From NCBI GenBank assembly GCA_963751105.1, contig CAVVTG010000001.1:582344-646343 (forward strand): a stretch of DNA of 64,000 nt, in the 5' to 3' direction. A program made the position numbers and the translations under genes. Origin of the DNA: an uncultured Thermoleophilaceae bacterium (GTDB lineage: Bacteria > Actinomycetota > Thermoleophilia > Solirubrobacterales > Thermoleophilaceae). Of the stretch, positions 16,939-26,740 are shown in pieces. Positions within the stretch are counted from its first letter, which is position 1, and every line of letters begins with the position of its first letter. The notes beneath the pieces are model-generated. The model had not been told where the DNA came from, made no database searches, and saw only the letters and a program-made list of their open reading frames with translations.

Positions 16939-17840
16939 TCCTGCTCACGGGAGCCACCGGCACGATCGGCTCGGCGCTGCTGCGCCGTCTCACCGCCGAG
17001 CCGCAGCCGGTGCGCTGCCTCGTTCGTGACCCGCGACGGCTCGGCGACCAGCGCGTGCGGGTGCAGATCGCACTCGGGGACCTGGCCGATCCGGCGTCGT
17101 TTCGCAACGCGCTGCGAGGGGTGAGCACCGTCGTGCACCTGGCGGCGTCGATCCGCGACCAGCCGCGCGCTTCGATCGAGGAGCTGAACGCGATGGCCAC
17201 TCTTCGCCTCGTGCGGGCGGCGGAGCGCGCCGGGGCCCGGCGCTTCATGTTCTTCTCCGCGCTGGGGGCGTCCCATCACTCGCGCACGCGCTTCCTCCGC
17301 GCCAAGGCCATGGCCCAGGAGGCCGTGGCCGCCTCGCCGCTCGAGACCACCATCCTCAGCCCATCGATCGTCTACGCGCCCGGCGACCCGTGGCTGACCC
17401 TGCTCGAGCGCTTCTCGTATCTGCCTGCCATCCCGATGTCGGGCTCCGGCCGGGCACGTTTTCAGCCGATCTGGGCCGAGGACGTGGCCGACGGGGTGGC
17501 GGCAGCGCTGGCAGAGGGCGGTCCGCGGGGCGACGGCCGGTTCGAGCTGGCCGGTCCCGAGACGCTCTCCTACGACGACATCGTCCGGCTGGCCCTGCGT
17601 TCCTACGGGCGCCGCCGCCGGCTGCTGCACGTGCCGCTGCCGCTGGTGCGTGCGTCGCTTCGCGCCCTGCGCCTCGCTGTCGGTCCGCACGTGTTCGCCA
17701 CCTGGGATGAGGCCGAGTTGATGGAGGAGCCGATGGTGGCGGGCCGGGGCACAGCCGACACGGAGGCGCTCGGGGTGCGGCCACATCCGATGGCGGCGGT
17801 GCTCGGCATCAGGGGGCCGGGTCCTCGTCCGGTGCACTAG
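16935..17840 (+). CDS. NAD(P)H-binding NmrA/NDUFA9-like SDR family protein
   Basis: The GTG at 16935 overlaps the OMT stop (GTGA). It carries ILLTGATGTIGSALLRRL (GxxGxxG). Confidence 0.8.
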   Translation: MILLTGATGTIGSALLRRLTAEPQPVRCLVRDPRRLGDQRVRVQIALGDLADPASFRNALRGVSTVVHLAASIRDQPRASIEELNAMATLRLVRAAERAGARRFMFFSALGASHHSRTRFLRAKAMAQEAVAASPLETTILSPSIVYAPGDPWLTLLERFSYLPAIPMSGSGRARFQPIWAEDVADGVAAALAEGGPRGDGRFELAGPETLSYDDIVRLALRSYGRRRRLLHVPLPLVRASLRALRLAVGPHVFATWDEAELMEEPMVAGRGTADTEALGVRPHPMAAVLGIRGPGPRPVH

Positions 17841-17939
17841 CTGCCCGCTGTTCGCTGCTGAGCGAACGTCTGCTCGGATGTGTTGTTATCTGATCGAGAT
17901 GTGCTATTCAGGGTCCGTGCGACGCACGGCGTCGGGATT

Positions 17940-18728
17940 ATGAGCGGGCCGGCCAGAGCGGTGCTGCCGGGTGAGCGGCGACGCCTCATCGGGGAGCGCC
18001 TGCGAGACCAGGGCAGCGTGTCGGTGGCGGCGCTCGAGGCGGAGTTCGGGATCTCGCCGATGACCGCGCGCCGCGACCTGGTGGAGCTCGAGCGCCAGGG
18101 AGTGGCCCGGCGCACGCACGGCGGGGCGATCCTGCCGGGGATGTCGAGCCACGAGGACTCGTTCTTCAAGCGGCTCGAGGTGGCCGTGGAGGAGAAGGAG
18201 CGGCTGGCCAACGCCGCTGTGGCTCAGGTCTCTCCCGGCGATGCCGTGTTCGTGGACTGCTCGACCACCGCCTACTTCACCGCTCGCAGGCTGGTGCGCG
18301 AGAACTTCCGCTGCACCCTGCTGACCAACGCAGTGCCGGTGATGGACCTCGTCTGCGAGTCCGACGCTCCGCAGGTCGAGTTGATCGGGATGGGCGGGAC
18401 TCTGCGCCGGCTCACGCGCTCGTTCGTCGGACCCCAGGCCGTGGCTGGAATAGAGGCGCACTTCGCCGACCAGGCGATCTTCTCGGTCGCCGGGCTCACC
18501 GACGACGGGCACCTCACCGATCCCGACCCGCTCGAGGCGGAGATCAAGCGCACCATGATCCGCCGGGCCCGGCGCACCATCCTGCTGGTGGACGACTCGA
18601 AGTTCGACCGCGCGGCGCTGTCGGTGATCGTCGACGCAACCGAGGTGCACGTGATCTTCGCTGCCGGAGCGACCGAACGCTCCTTGGCCGGTCTGCGCCG
18701 GGCGGGAGTGGACGTGAAGCCGGTCTAG
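17940..18728 (+). CDS. DeoR/GlpR family transcriptional regulator (probable rhamnose locus repressor)
   Basis: It has the HTH SVSVAALEAEFGISPMTARRDLVELERQGV and a DeoR C-terminal sugar-phosphate sensor region. It sits immediately upstream of the rhamnose genes. Confidence 0.88.
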   Translation: MSGPARAVLPGERRRLIGERLRDQGSVSVAALEAEFGISPMTARRDLVELERQGVARRTHGGAILPGMSSHEDSFFKRLEVAVEEKERLANAAVAQVSPGDAVFVDCSTTAYFTARRLVRENFRCTLLTNAVPVMDLVCESDAPQVELIGMGGTLRRLTRSFVGPQAVAGIEAHFADQAIFSVAGLTDDGHLTDPDPLEAEIKRTMIRRARRTILLVDDSKFDRAALSVIVDATEVHVIFAAGATERSLAGLRRAGVDVKPV

Positions 18729-18749
18729 GCTCTGTGCGGCCCTGTGCGC

Positions 18750-18778
18750 TTGACTGATCGAACGTGATTGTTTATGTT
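18750..18778 (+). promoter_or_regulatory. Promoter candidate TTGACT-N17-TATGTT for the rhamnose transporter/catabolic operon, with a CTGATCGAACGT box in the spacer
   Basis: This is a low-GC island with -35 at 18750-18755 and -10 at 18773-18778. The spacer contains CTGATCGA, which is also found in the deoR-gene promoter spacer (17890-17897). Confidence 0.45.
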
Positions 18779-18861
18779 CGCGGCTCCAAGCGAGAGGGGA
18801 GCTGAGGGAGCTGGAACAGAGCCTGCTCGAGCTGCGCGACGCGAGCAAGAGCTACGGAGCC

Positions 18862-20307
18862 GTGCGCGCGCTCCGCCACGGCAACATCTCCCTGCGCTCC
18901 GGCGAGGTGCGAGCCCTCGTGGGCGAGAACGGAGCCGGAAAGTCGACGCTCGTCAAGGTCCTCGGCGGCGTGGTGCGGCCCGATGACGGCGAGGTGCTGG
19001 TCGACGGCGAGGCGCGCACCTTCCACAGCCCGGTCGACGCCCGCAACGTCGGCGTCGTCGTGATCTACCAGGAGCCGACGCTCTTCCCTGACCTCTCGGT
19101 CGCCGAGAACGTGGTGATGGGCCGGCACCCACTCGGTGCACTCCACCGCATCGACCGGGCCGCCATGCACGCCGAGGTCGAGGAGCTGCTCGAGCGGCTC
19201 GGAGTGGGCCTCTCCGCCGACCGCCTCGTGCGCGGGCTGTCGATCGCCGATCAGCAGATCGTCGAGATCGCCAAGGCGCTCTCCTTCGACGCTCGCATCC
19301 TGATCATGGACGAGCCCACCGCGGCGCTGTCCGGACCGGAGGTTGAGCGGCTCTTCGGAGTCGTGCGCACGCTGCGTGACCAGGGCTCGGCCGTGCTGTT
19401 CATCTCGCACCGGCTCGAGGAGGTGTTCGAGCTCTGCGACACCGTCACGGTGATGCGCGACGGCGAGGTCGTCGAGGACACGCCGATCGCCGAGACGACG
19501 CCGGACCAGACCGTCACGCGCATGGTGGGCCGTGAGCTGAGCACGCTGTTCCCGAAGCAGGCTGCGGAGATCGGAGCGCCCGTTCTGCAGGTGCAGCGGC
19601 TCACCCGCGAAGGGGTGTTCTTCGACGTCAGCTTCGAGGTGCGCAGCGGTGAGATCGTGGCGCTGGCCGGGCTGGTGGGCGCGGGCCGCAGCGAAGTGGC
19701 GCGCGCGATCTTCGGCATCGACCGCGCCGACGCCGGCCAGGTGGTGATCGACGGGGAGAAGCTGCCCGCAGGACGCCCGCTCGCCGCCATGCGCGCGGGC
19801 ATGGCGCTCGTCCCGGAGGACCGGCGCCTGCAGGGCCTGGTGATGGACCTGTCGATCACGCGCAACGCCACGCTCACGCGCATCCGTGCGCTCGCGCGGC
19901 TCGGTCTGATCCGTGCCGGCGCCGAGAACCGCCTGGCGAGCGAATGGGCCGAGCGGCTGAGGCTCAAGTTCCATCGCCTCGACGACCCCGTGGGCTTTCT
20001 CTCCGGGGGCAACCAGCAGAAGGTCGTGCTCGCCAAGTGGCTCGCGACGGAACCCAAGGCTCTGATCGTGGACGAGCCCACGCGCGGCATCGACGTGGGC
20101 ACCAAGGCGGAGGTCCACGCGCTGATGAGCGAGCTGGCCGGCCGCGGTGTCGCGGTGCTGATGATCTCGAGCGAGCTGCCTGAGGTGCTCGGGATGGCCG
20201 ACCGCGTGCTCGTGATGCACGAGGGCCGCCTGACCGAGGAGCTCAGCCGCGACGAGGCGGACGAGGAGAACGTGATCCGCGCGGCCACCGGAGTGAGGGC
20301 GGCGTGA
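18862..20307 (+). CDS. Sugar ABC transporter ATP-binding protein (two ABC domains; rhamnose-type RbsA-like). The N-terminus probably extends upstream to about 18811.
   Basis: It has Walker [10 protein letters not shown] plus a second half, LSGGNQQKV. Conserved-looking N-terminal beta-strand sequence ([17 protein letters not shown]), with high GC3, lies upstream of the first canonical start (GTG 18862) in the same frame. Confidence 0.88.
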   Translation: MRALRHGNISLRSGEVRALVGENGAGKSTLVKVLGGVVRPDDGEVLVDGEARTFHSPVDARNVGVVVIYQEPTLFPDLSVAENVVMGRHPLGALHRIDRAAMHAEVEELLERLGVGLSADRLVRGLSIADQQIVEIAKALSFDARILIMDEPTAALSGPEVERLFGVVRTLRDQGSAVLFISHRLEEVFELCDTVTVMRDGEVVEDTPIAETTPDQTVTRMVGRELSTLFPKQAAEIGAPVLQVQRLTREGVFFDVSFEVRSGEIVALAGLVGAGRSEVARAIFGIDRADAGQVVIDGEKLPAGRPLAAMRAGMALVPEDRRLQGLVMDLSITRNATLTRIRALARLGLIRAGAENRLASEWAERLRLKFHRLDDPVGFLSGGNQQKVVLAKWLATEPKALIVDEPTRGIDVGTKAEVHALMSELAGRGVAVLMISSELPEVLGMADRVLVMHEGRLTEELSRDEADEENVIRAATGVRAA

Positions 20308-21338
20308 GCACGGAGGCCGTCGCCACGGCCGAGGAGCCCAGAGCCGGCCGCCTGGCCGAGCGGGTGCTGCGCATCCGTGAGCTCGGCATCATCGGCGCGC
20401 TTGCTCTCCTGATCGCGGTGACCGCGATCCTCGAGCCGCGCTTCATCGAGGCCGACTCCCTCCGCAATCTCGCGCTCAACGCCTCGATCCTCGCGATCCT
20501 CGCCGTCGGCCAGACGCTCGTGATCATCACGCGCAACGTCGACCTCTCCACGGGCTCGGTGCTCGGCCTGAGCGCGTTCCTCGCCGGCGATCTCCTTTCC
20601 GAGAACCCCGGCATGGCCCTCCCGCTGGTCTTCCTGCTGGGCATCGCGCTCGGCGCTGCCTGCGGCCTGTTCAACGGGATCCTCGTCACCTGGGGACAGG
20701 TCCCGGCACTCGTGGTCACGCTCGGCACGCTCTACGCCTTCCGGGGGATCGCCTTCCTCTGGACCGACGGCCGCCAGGTGAACGCAGAGACGCTGCCCGA
20801 CTCGTTCCTCGACATCGGCAGCGAGTCGATCGCGGGCGTGCCGATTCTCGTCCTGATCGCGCTGGCGATCGTGCTCGTGGTCGGGCAGTGGCTGCGCGAC
20901 TACCGGACCGGGCGCGAGCTCTATGCGATCGGTTCCAATCCCGAGGGGGCGCGCCTGGCCGGTGTGCGCTCGGGCCGGCGTGTGCTGATCGCCTTCGTGC
21001 TCGCCGGGGCGCTTTCGGGGCTTGGGGGCGTGCTGTTCACCGCCCGCTTCGGCACCGTGGACGCCACCGCCGGCGTGGGCTACGAGCTGACCGTGATCGC
21101 GGCCGCGGTGGTCGGCGGGGTGGCCATCTTCGGCGGCACGGGCAGCGTGTACGGCGCCGCTCTGGGGGCGCTCCTGCTCGGCACGATCACTTCATCGCTG
21201 ATCGTGCTGCGCATCGAGGCCTTCTGGCAGCAGGCGGCCATCGGCGCCCTGCTCCTGCTCGCCATCGCGCTCGACCGGCTGCTCGCGGTGCGTGTGGACG
21301 CCAGGCTGCGAAGAAGGAGCGCGAGACGTGCCGACTGA
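20304..21338 (+). CDS. Sugar ABC transporter permease (RbsC-like)
   Basis: It is a multi-TMS protein of the RbsC/branched-chain type permease family. The GTG start overlaps the upstream TGA (GTGA). Confidence 0.88.
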   Translation: MSTEAVATAEEPRAGRLAERVLRIRELGIIGALALLIAVTAILEPRFIEADSLRNLALNASILAILAVGQTLVIITRNVDLSTGSVLGLSAFLAGDLLSENPGMALPLVFLLGIALGAACGLFNGILVTWGQVPALVVTLGTLYAFRGIAFLWTDGRQVNAETLPDSFLDIGSESIAGVPILVLIALAIVLVVGQWLRDYRTGRELYAIGSNPEGARLAGVRSGRRVLIAFVLAGALSGLGGVLFTARFGTVDATAGVGYELTVIAAAVVGGVAIFGGTGSVYGAALGALLLGTITSSLIVLRIEAFWQQAAIGALLLLAIALDRLLAVRVDARLRRRSARRAD

Positions 21339-22371
21339 GGTGGCCACACCTCGTAGCGCGCCCTCGGCGGCCGCCCTGGATTGGCGCCGGCTCCTGGGAC
21401 GCTGGGAGACTCTGCTCGTCGGCCTGCTGGTGGTGCTCGTCATCGTGGGGCAGTCGATCTCGTCCGAGTTCCTGACGGCCGACTCCTTCACCACCGGCTC
21501 ACTCGACCTGTCCGAGATCGCGTTGATGGCGCTCCCGCTCGCGCTCGTGATCATCGCCGCCGAGATCGACCTCTCGGTCGCCTCGGTGATGGCCCTCTCG
21601 AGCGCGGTGATGGCCTACCTGTGGGACAGCGGCCAGCCGGTCGAGTTCATCATCCCCATCTGCGTCCTGGTGGGCGCGCTGTGCGGCGCCTTCAACGGCG
21701 TGCTGGTAACGCGCCTCGGACTGCCCTCGCTGGCGGTCACGATCGGGACGCTCGCGCTGTTTCGTGGGCTCGCATTCGTGGTCATCGGCGACGAGTCCGT
21801 GACCGACTTCCCGGCCACATGGACCGACCTCGCCTTCGGAAACTTCGCCGGCACCGCGATTCCCAACACGATCGTCCTGTTCGCGCTGTTCGCCGCCGCC
21901 TTCGCCGTGCTGCTGCACGCCACGCCCTTCGGCCGCTCGATCTACGCGATCGGCGCGAACGAGGAAGCGGCCTACTTCTCCGGCCTGCGCGTGAAGCGCG
22001 TGAAGCTGATCCTGTTCATCCTCGCGGGCGCGATCGCCGGCCTGGCCGGGGTCATCATCTCGCTGCGCAACTCCACCGCCGCCGCGAACGTCGGCCAAGG
22101 CTTCGAGCTCACGGTCGTCACCGCGGTGCTGCTGGGCGGCGTGTCCATCTTCGGCGGCCGCGGCACCATCGTGGGCGTCATCCTCGCCCTGTTCCTGCTC
22201 GGCGGCATCCAGAAGGCACTGCTGCTGAGCGAGTCACTTTCGTCGTACTGGGTCCAGATCGTGACCGGAGCCCTGCTGATCGGCTCCGTCCTCGGGCCCA
22301 ACCTCGCCCGTCGCGTCACCGAAGCCCGGAGGCGCAGATCACATCCACTCCTGGAGGAGGAGGGACCATGA
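21328..22371 (+). CDS. Sugar ABC transporter permease (second subunit)
   Basis: It is a paralogue of the preceding permease. The GTG at 21328 lies about 10 nt after a GAAGGAG RBS. The track start at 21292 is less likely. Confidence 0.85.
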   Translation: MPTEVATPRSAPSAAALDWRRLLGRWETLLVGLLVVLVIVGQSISSEFLTADSFTTGSLDLSEIALMALPLALVIIAAEIDLSVASVMALSSAVMAYLWDSGQPVEFIIPICVLVGALCGAFNGVLVTRLGLPSLAVTIGTLALFRGLAFVVIGDESVTDFPATWTDLAFGNFAGTAIPNTIVLFALFAAAFAVLLHATPFGRSIYAIGANEEAAYFSGLRVKRVKLILFILAGAIAGLAGVIISLRNSTAAANVGQGFELTVVTAVLLGGVSIFGGRGTIVGVILALFLLGGIQKALLLSESLSSYWVQIVTGALLIGSVLGPNLARRVTEARRRRSHPLLEEEGP

Positions 22372-23453
22372 AGTCAAGAAGTCCGCACGCCCTGCGCGTG
22401 CTGCTCGCTGCACTCGCCATCTTGGTGGCGCTCGCCTTCGTCGCCTGCGGTGAGACGCAGGACGACGAGGAAGGCTCGGACGGAGGATCGTCGGCCGCCC
22501 AGGAGGGCAGCGCCGATCCGAAGGCCGAGATCAAGCAGGGGATCAAGACGGTCTCGATCCCGAAACAGCTCGGCAACCCTTACGAGGAGTTCGAGCACTC
22601 GGGAGTGGATGAGGCCTTGGAGGAGCTCGGCGGCTCCAACCGAATCAACGGCCCGACGGACGCCGGCGCCGCGACTCAGATCCCGATCATCAACGCCGCC
22701 GTTCAGCAGGACGTCGACTCGATCATCATCGCGGGCAACGACCCCGATGCCGTGGCGCCGGCGCTCAAGCAGGCCGCTCAGCGCGACGTGAAGATCGTGG
22801 CGATGGACTCCGACGTGGCTCCGGACGCGCGCAGCGTGTTCGTCAACCAGGTGACGACCGATCTCGTGGGCAAGAATCAGGTCGAGTCGATCGCCAAGCA
22901 GATCGGCAACAAGGGTGAGATCGCGATTCTGTCCGCCACGGCCAACGCGACCAACCAGAACGCCTGGATCGAGGTGATGAAGGAGACGCTGAAGGATCCG
23001 AAGTACAAGGACATCAAGCTCGTGAAGGTCGCGTACGGCGACGACGACGATCAGAAGTCGTTCCAGGAGACCCAGGGGCTTCTGCAGGCTTACCCGAACC
23101 TCAAGGGCATCATCTCGCCAACGACGGTGGGTGTGGCTGCAGCCGCGCGCTACCTGTCGACCTCGCCGCAGAAGGGCGAGGTCAAGCTCACCGGGCTCGG
23201 TTTCCCGAACCAGATGCGCAAGTTCGTCAAGGACGGCACCGTCGAGGAGTTCCAGCTCTGGGTGCCCAAGGACGTCGGCTACCTGGCCGGCCAGGCGGCG
23301 GCCGCGCTCGTGTCCGGGCGCATCACCGGCAAGGAGGGTGAGAAGTTCGAGGCAGGCAGGCTGGGCGAGTACACGATCGGCGCCGACGGCGAGATCGTGC
23401 TCGGTCCTCTGACGACGTTCAACAAGGGCAACATCGACGATTACGACTTCTGA
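22368..23453 (+). CDS. Sugar ABC transporter substrate-binding lipoprotein (rhamnose-binding type)
   Basis: There is an ATGA overlap with the permease stop. It has a lipobox LAFVAC and a periplasmic-binding-protein type 1 pattern (IIIAGNDPDAVAPALKQA..VKIVAMDSD). Confidence 0.88.
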   Translation: MKSRSPHALRVLLAALAILVALAFVACGETQDDEEGSDGGSSAAQEGSADPKAEIKQGIKTVSIPKQLGNPYEEFEHSGVDEALEELGGSNRINGPTDAGAATQIPIINAAVQQDVDSIIIAGNDPDAVAPALKQAAQRDVKIVAMDSDVAPDARSVFVNQVTTDLVGKNQVESIAKQIGNKGEIAILSATANATNQNAWIEVMKETLKDPKYKDIKLVKVAYGDDDDQKSFQETQGLLQAYPNLKGIISPTTVGVAAAARYLSTSPQKGEVKLTGLGFPNQMRKFVKDGTVEEFQLWVPKDVGYLAGQAAAALVSGRITGKEGEKFEAGRLGEYTIGADGEIVLGPLTTFNKGNIDDYDF

Positions 23454-23457
23454 GTCG

Positions 23458-24933
23458 ATGACCGTCACCGGACCCGAGACCCCAGGGACCGGCTCGGCTC
23501 CCCGACCTGCGCCGCGGGCGCGGGTCGGGGTGTTCGGGATCGGGCTCGAGGCCTACTGGCCGCAGTTCGACGGCTTGCTGGAGCGAATCGAGGGCTACCA
23601 GCGGCGCGTCGAGCAGCGGGTCGGCGATCTCGGGGCCGAAGTGGTGTCGGCCGGGCTGGTCGACACCGCGCCGAAGGCGCGGGCAGCGGGCGACGAGTTC
23701 GCCGCGGCGCAGGTCGACCTCGTCCTCTGCCACGCCGTGACGTATGCCACCTCGAGCCAGGTGCTGCCCGCCCTGCAGGCGGCCAAGGCGCCGGTGGTGC
23801 TGCTGGGGCTCCAGCCCAGCGCCAGCCTCGACTACGCCGAGACCGGCACGGGTGAGTGGCTCGCGAACTGCGCGGCCTGCTGCGTGCCGGAGATCGCCGG
23901 GGCCTGCACACGGGCCGGTATCCCCTACGACACCGTCGCCGGCACGATCGACGGCGACGAGCGGGCCTGGGGCAAGATCGCGGCCTGGGTCCGCGCCGCG
24001 GGCGCCGCCCGCGAGCTGCGCCGCGCCCGGATCGGCTTTCTAGGGCACACCTATCCAGGCATGCTCGACCTCTACACCGACTTCACCGCGGTCCACGCCC
24101 AGACCGGCGCCCACGTGGAAGTGCTCGAGATCGACGACCTCGCCGCCCGGGTCGCAGCGGTGAGCGGGGAGGAGACGCGGGCGAAGATCGGGGAGATCGA
24201 GGCGACCTTCGACGTCGCCGATCCCTCCTCCGATCCGATCGCCGCGCCGATCGAGTCCGAGCAGATGGACTGGGCCGCGCGGGTGGCCGTGGGCCTCGAC
24301 AAGCTCGCCGCGGACTTCGACCTGCAGGCCCTCACCTACTACTACCGCGGGCTCGACGGGAACGAGGCGGAGCGCCTGGGGGCGGGCGTGATCGTGGGTA
24401 ATTCCCTGCTCACCGCGCGCGGGATCCCCACCGCGGGCGAGGGCGACCTCAAGACCAACCTCGCCCAGCTGATTCTCGACCGGCTGCGGGCGGGCGGCTC
24501 CTACACGGAGTTCTACGCACTCGACTTCCAGGACGATTTCGTCCTAATGGGCCACGACGGCCCGATGCACACCGCCATCGCCGAGGGCCGGCCCACGCTG
24601 CGCTCGCTGAAGCTCTACCACGGCAAGCGGGGGGCTGGCCTGTCGGTGGAGGCCGAGGTTCGTCATGGGCCGGTCACCATCGTCGGCTGCACCCAGACTG
24701 CCGAGGGCCGGCTCAAGCTGATCGCCGGCGAGGGTGAGTCGGTGCCGGGCGAGACCTTCCGGATCGGCAACACGAACTCGCGCCTGGTGTTCGGCCTGAA
24801 GCCGGCCGAGTTCTTCGAGGCGTGGTGCGCGGAGGGCCCGACTCATCACGTGGCCCTCGGCGTGGGCCACGTGGCGGCTGAGGTGCGCCGGGTGGCGTCG
24901 ATCCTCGATCTGCCGTACGCCGAGGTCGGCTGA
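23458..24933 (+). CDS. L-arabinose/L-fucose isomerase family protein (AraA-like)
   Basis: It aligns by eye with AraA: GEGDLKTNLAQLILDRL...SYTEFYALDF..DFVLMGHDGPMH matches the AraA GEGDWKTAALL...FMEDYTYHF..LVLGSHMLEV. A C-terminal THHVALGVGH is also present. Confidence 0.75.
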   Translation: MTVTGPETPGTGSAPRPAPRARVGVFGIGLEAYWPQFDGLLERIEGYQRRVEQRVGDLGAEVVSAGLVDTAPKARAAGDEFAAAQVDLVLCHAVTYATSSQVLPALQAAKAPVVLLGLQPSASLDYAETGTGEWLANCAACCVPEIAGACTRAGIPYDTVAGTIDGDERAWGKIAAWVRAAGAARELRRARIGFLGHTYPGMLDLYTDFTAVHAQTGAHVEVLEIDDLAARVAAVSGEETRAKIGEIEATFDVADPSSDPIAAPIESEQMDWAARVAVGLDKLAADFDLQALTYYYRGLDGNEAERLGAGVIVGNSLLTARGIPTAGEGDLKTNLAQLILDRLRAGGSYTEFYALDFQDDFVLMGHDGPMHTAIAEGRPTLRSLKLYHGKRGAGLSVEAEVRHGPVTIVGCTQTAEGRLKLIAGEGESVPGETFRIGNTNSRLVFGLKPAEFFEAWCAEGPTHHVALGVGHVAAEVRRVASILDLPYAEVG

Positions 24934-25253
24934 TGGAGCGCGTCTGCTTCCTGCTGCGCGTGCGCGCAGACCGCCTGGACGAATACCGGGCGCGGCACCG
25001 CGCGGTGTGGGAGGAGATGCTCGACGCCCTTCGCGAGACCGGCTGGCGCAACTACTCGCTGTTCCTGCGCGAGGACGGCCTGCTCGTCGGCTACCTCGAA
25101 ACCGACGACTTCGAGGCCGCTCTGGCCGGAATGGATGGGCGCGAGGTGAACGCGCGCTGGCAGTCCGACATGGCGCCCTTCTTCGAGCTGCCGGGGGAGA
25201 GCCGGCCGGATACGGGGCTCGAACGCCTGGATGAGGTCTTCCATCTTGACTGA
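24933..25253 (+). CDS. rhaM: L-rhamnose mutarotase
   Basis: At 106 aa, it carries YRARHRAVWEEMLDALRETGWRNYSLF and WQSDMAPFFE, typical of the RhaM/YiiL family. Confidence 0.9.
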   Translation: MERVCFLLRVRADRLDEYRARHRAVWEEMLDALRETGWRNYSLFLREDGLLVGYLETDDFEAALAGMDGREVNARWQSDMAPFFELPGESRPDTGLERLDEVFHLD

Positions 25254-26724
25254 GCGCGCCTTCGCGGCCATCGACCTGGGCGCCGAGAGCGGGCGCGTGG
25301 TGCTGGGCCGCCTGGACGGGGAACGGATGGAGCTCGAGCTCGTCCACCGCTTCGCCAACGACCCGGTGCGCCTGCCCGACGGCCTCCGCTGGAATCTGCT
25401 GTCGCTGTTCGCCGAGGCCGGCAGGGGCCTCGCCATGGCCGCCGCGCGCACACCGTTGTCCGGTGTGGCCGTCGACGCCTGGGGCGTGGACTACGCCCTG
25501 CTCGACGAGCATGACCGGATGCTGGGCCTGCCCTTCCACTATCGCGACCGGCGCACTCGGGGGATGGTGGAGCGAGCGCACTCACGGGTGCCCCGGGACG
25601 AGCTGTACGCGACGACCGGCATACAGACGATGCCGATCAACACGATCTTCCAGCTGCTCGCCGACGAGGGCTCGGCCGCCCTCGCCGCCGCACGGCGCAT
25701 CGCGCTCGTGCCCGACCTGCTGGGTCTTTGGCTCAGCGGAGAGCTGGCCAACGAGGTCACCGCCGCCTCCACGACGGGATTGCTCGACGCCCGTTCGGGC
25801 GGCTGGGCCCGCTCGCTGATCGAGCGGCTCGGGCTGCCGGCCGCACCGTTCGCCGGCGCGCCGGTCGAGGCGGGCACCGCGCTCGGCACCGTGTTGGGCC
25901 GGCACGGATGGGCTCCTGACGTTCCCGTTTACGCGACCGCCGGCCACGACACGGCTGCGGCCTTCGCCGCCGTGCCGTTCAGCAGTGGCCGGGCGGCGAT
26001 CCTGTCCTCGGGGACCTGGTCGCTCCTCGGCCTGGAGCTCGACGAGCCGGTGCTGAGCGATCGCGCCGCAGGCTTCAACCTGACCAACGAGCGCGGTGTC
26101 GACGGGACGATTCGCCTGCTGCGGAACGTGATGGGCCTGTGGCTGGTGCAGGAGTGCCGGCGCCGCCTCGGTGGCGACTACGACGAGCTCAGCCGCCTGG
26201 CGGACGAGGCCGAGGGTGAGCTCGCGCTGTTCGACCCCGACCACGACTCGCTGCTGTCCCCCGACGACATGCCCGCTCAGATCGCCTCGCTCTGTCGAGA
26301 GTCGGGGCACGAGGCACCCACGGAGCCGGGTGCGATGGTGCGCTCGATCCTCACCTCGCTCGCCTGCAAGTACCGGCTGGTGATCGAGCGCCTCGAGCGG
26401 GTGACGGGCCGTGATGTCGAGGTCGTTCATCTGATCGGCGGCGGCGTGCGCAACGAGCTCCTGTGCCGCCTCACCGCGGACCTGACCGGACGGCCGTTGC
26501 TGGCCGGCCCCGTCGAGGCGACGGCGCTGGGCAACGTGCTCGTGCAGGCCCGCGCCGCGGGTGAGCTCGGTTCGCTCGAGGACATCAGGCGAGTGGCGGC
26601 CGCCTCGGCCGCGCCGGTGTCGTACGAGCCCGACGGGCGCCGCGACGAGGCCGATGCTCTCTACGCGCGCTTTCTCGAGACGACGGGCCTGGAAGTGGAC
26701 GAGCCCGAGGCGGCGGCCGTATGA
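25231..26724 (+). CDS. rhaB: Rhamnulokinase
   Basis: It is a FGGY kinase with N-terminus AAIDLGAESGRVVLG and PVRLPDGLRWNLLSLF, characteristic of RhaB. An alternative TTG start lies at 25246. Confidence 0.88.
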   Translation: MRSSILTERAFAAIDLGAESGRVVLGRLDGERMELELVHRFANDPVRLPDGLRWNLLSLFAEAGRGLAMAAARTPLSGVAVDAWGVDYALLDEHDRMLGLPFHYRDRRTRGMVERAHSRVPRDELYATTGIQTMPINTIFQLLADEGSAALAAARRIALVPDLLGLWLSGELANEVTAASTTGLLDARSGGWARSLIERLGLPAAPFAGAPVEAGTALGTVLGRHGWAPDVPVYATAGHDTAAAFAAVPFSSGRAAILSSGTWSLLGLELDEPVLSDRAAGFNLTNERGVDGTIRLLRNVMGLWLVQECRRRLGGDYDELSRLADEAEGELALFDPDHDSLLSPDDMPAQIASLCRESGHEAPTEPGAMVRSILTSLACKYRLVIERLERVTGRDVEVVHLIGGGVRNELLCRLTADLTGRPLLAGPVEATALGNVLVQARAAGELGSLEDIRRVAAASAAPVSYEPDGRRDEADALYARFLETTGLEVDEPEAAAV

Positions 26725-26740
26725 ACCAAGGAGCACCGCG

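Noticed and set aside
18774-18776. The ATG at 18774 as the start of the ABC ATPase via a 1-nt indel in the GGGG run, which would have made a fourth frameshift case.
   Set aside because: This ATG lies inside the predicted -10 hexamer (TATGTT) of a good TTGACT-N17 promoter and has no RBS. A non-canonical CTG start downstream is the simpler explanation. I kept it only as an alternative to test.
18772-20220. A 482-aa antisense ORF opposite the sugar ABC ATPase. Similar antisense ORFs occur at 33866-35134, 45154-46509, 24544-25581 and 25582-26736.
   Set aside because: They are mirror ORFs of strongly supported genes. They have no motifs, a skewed Arg/His/Gly composition and the wrong GC3 pattern.
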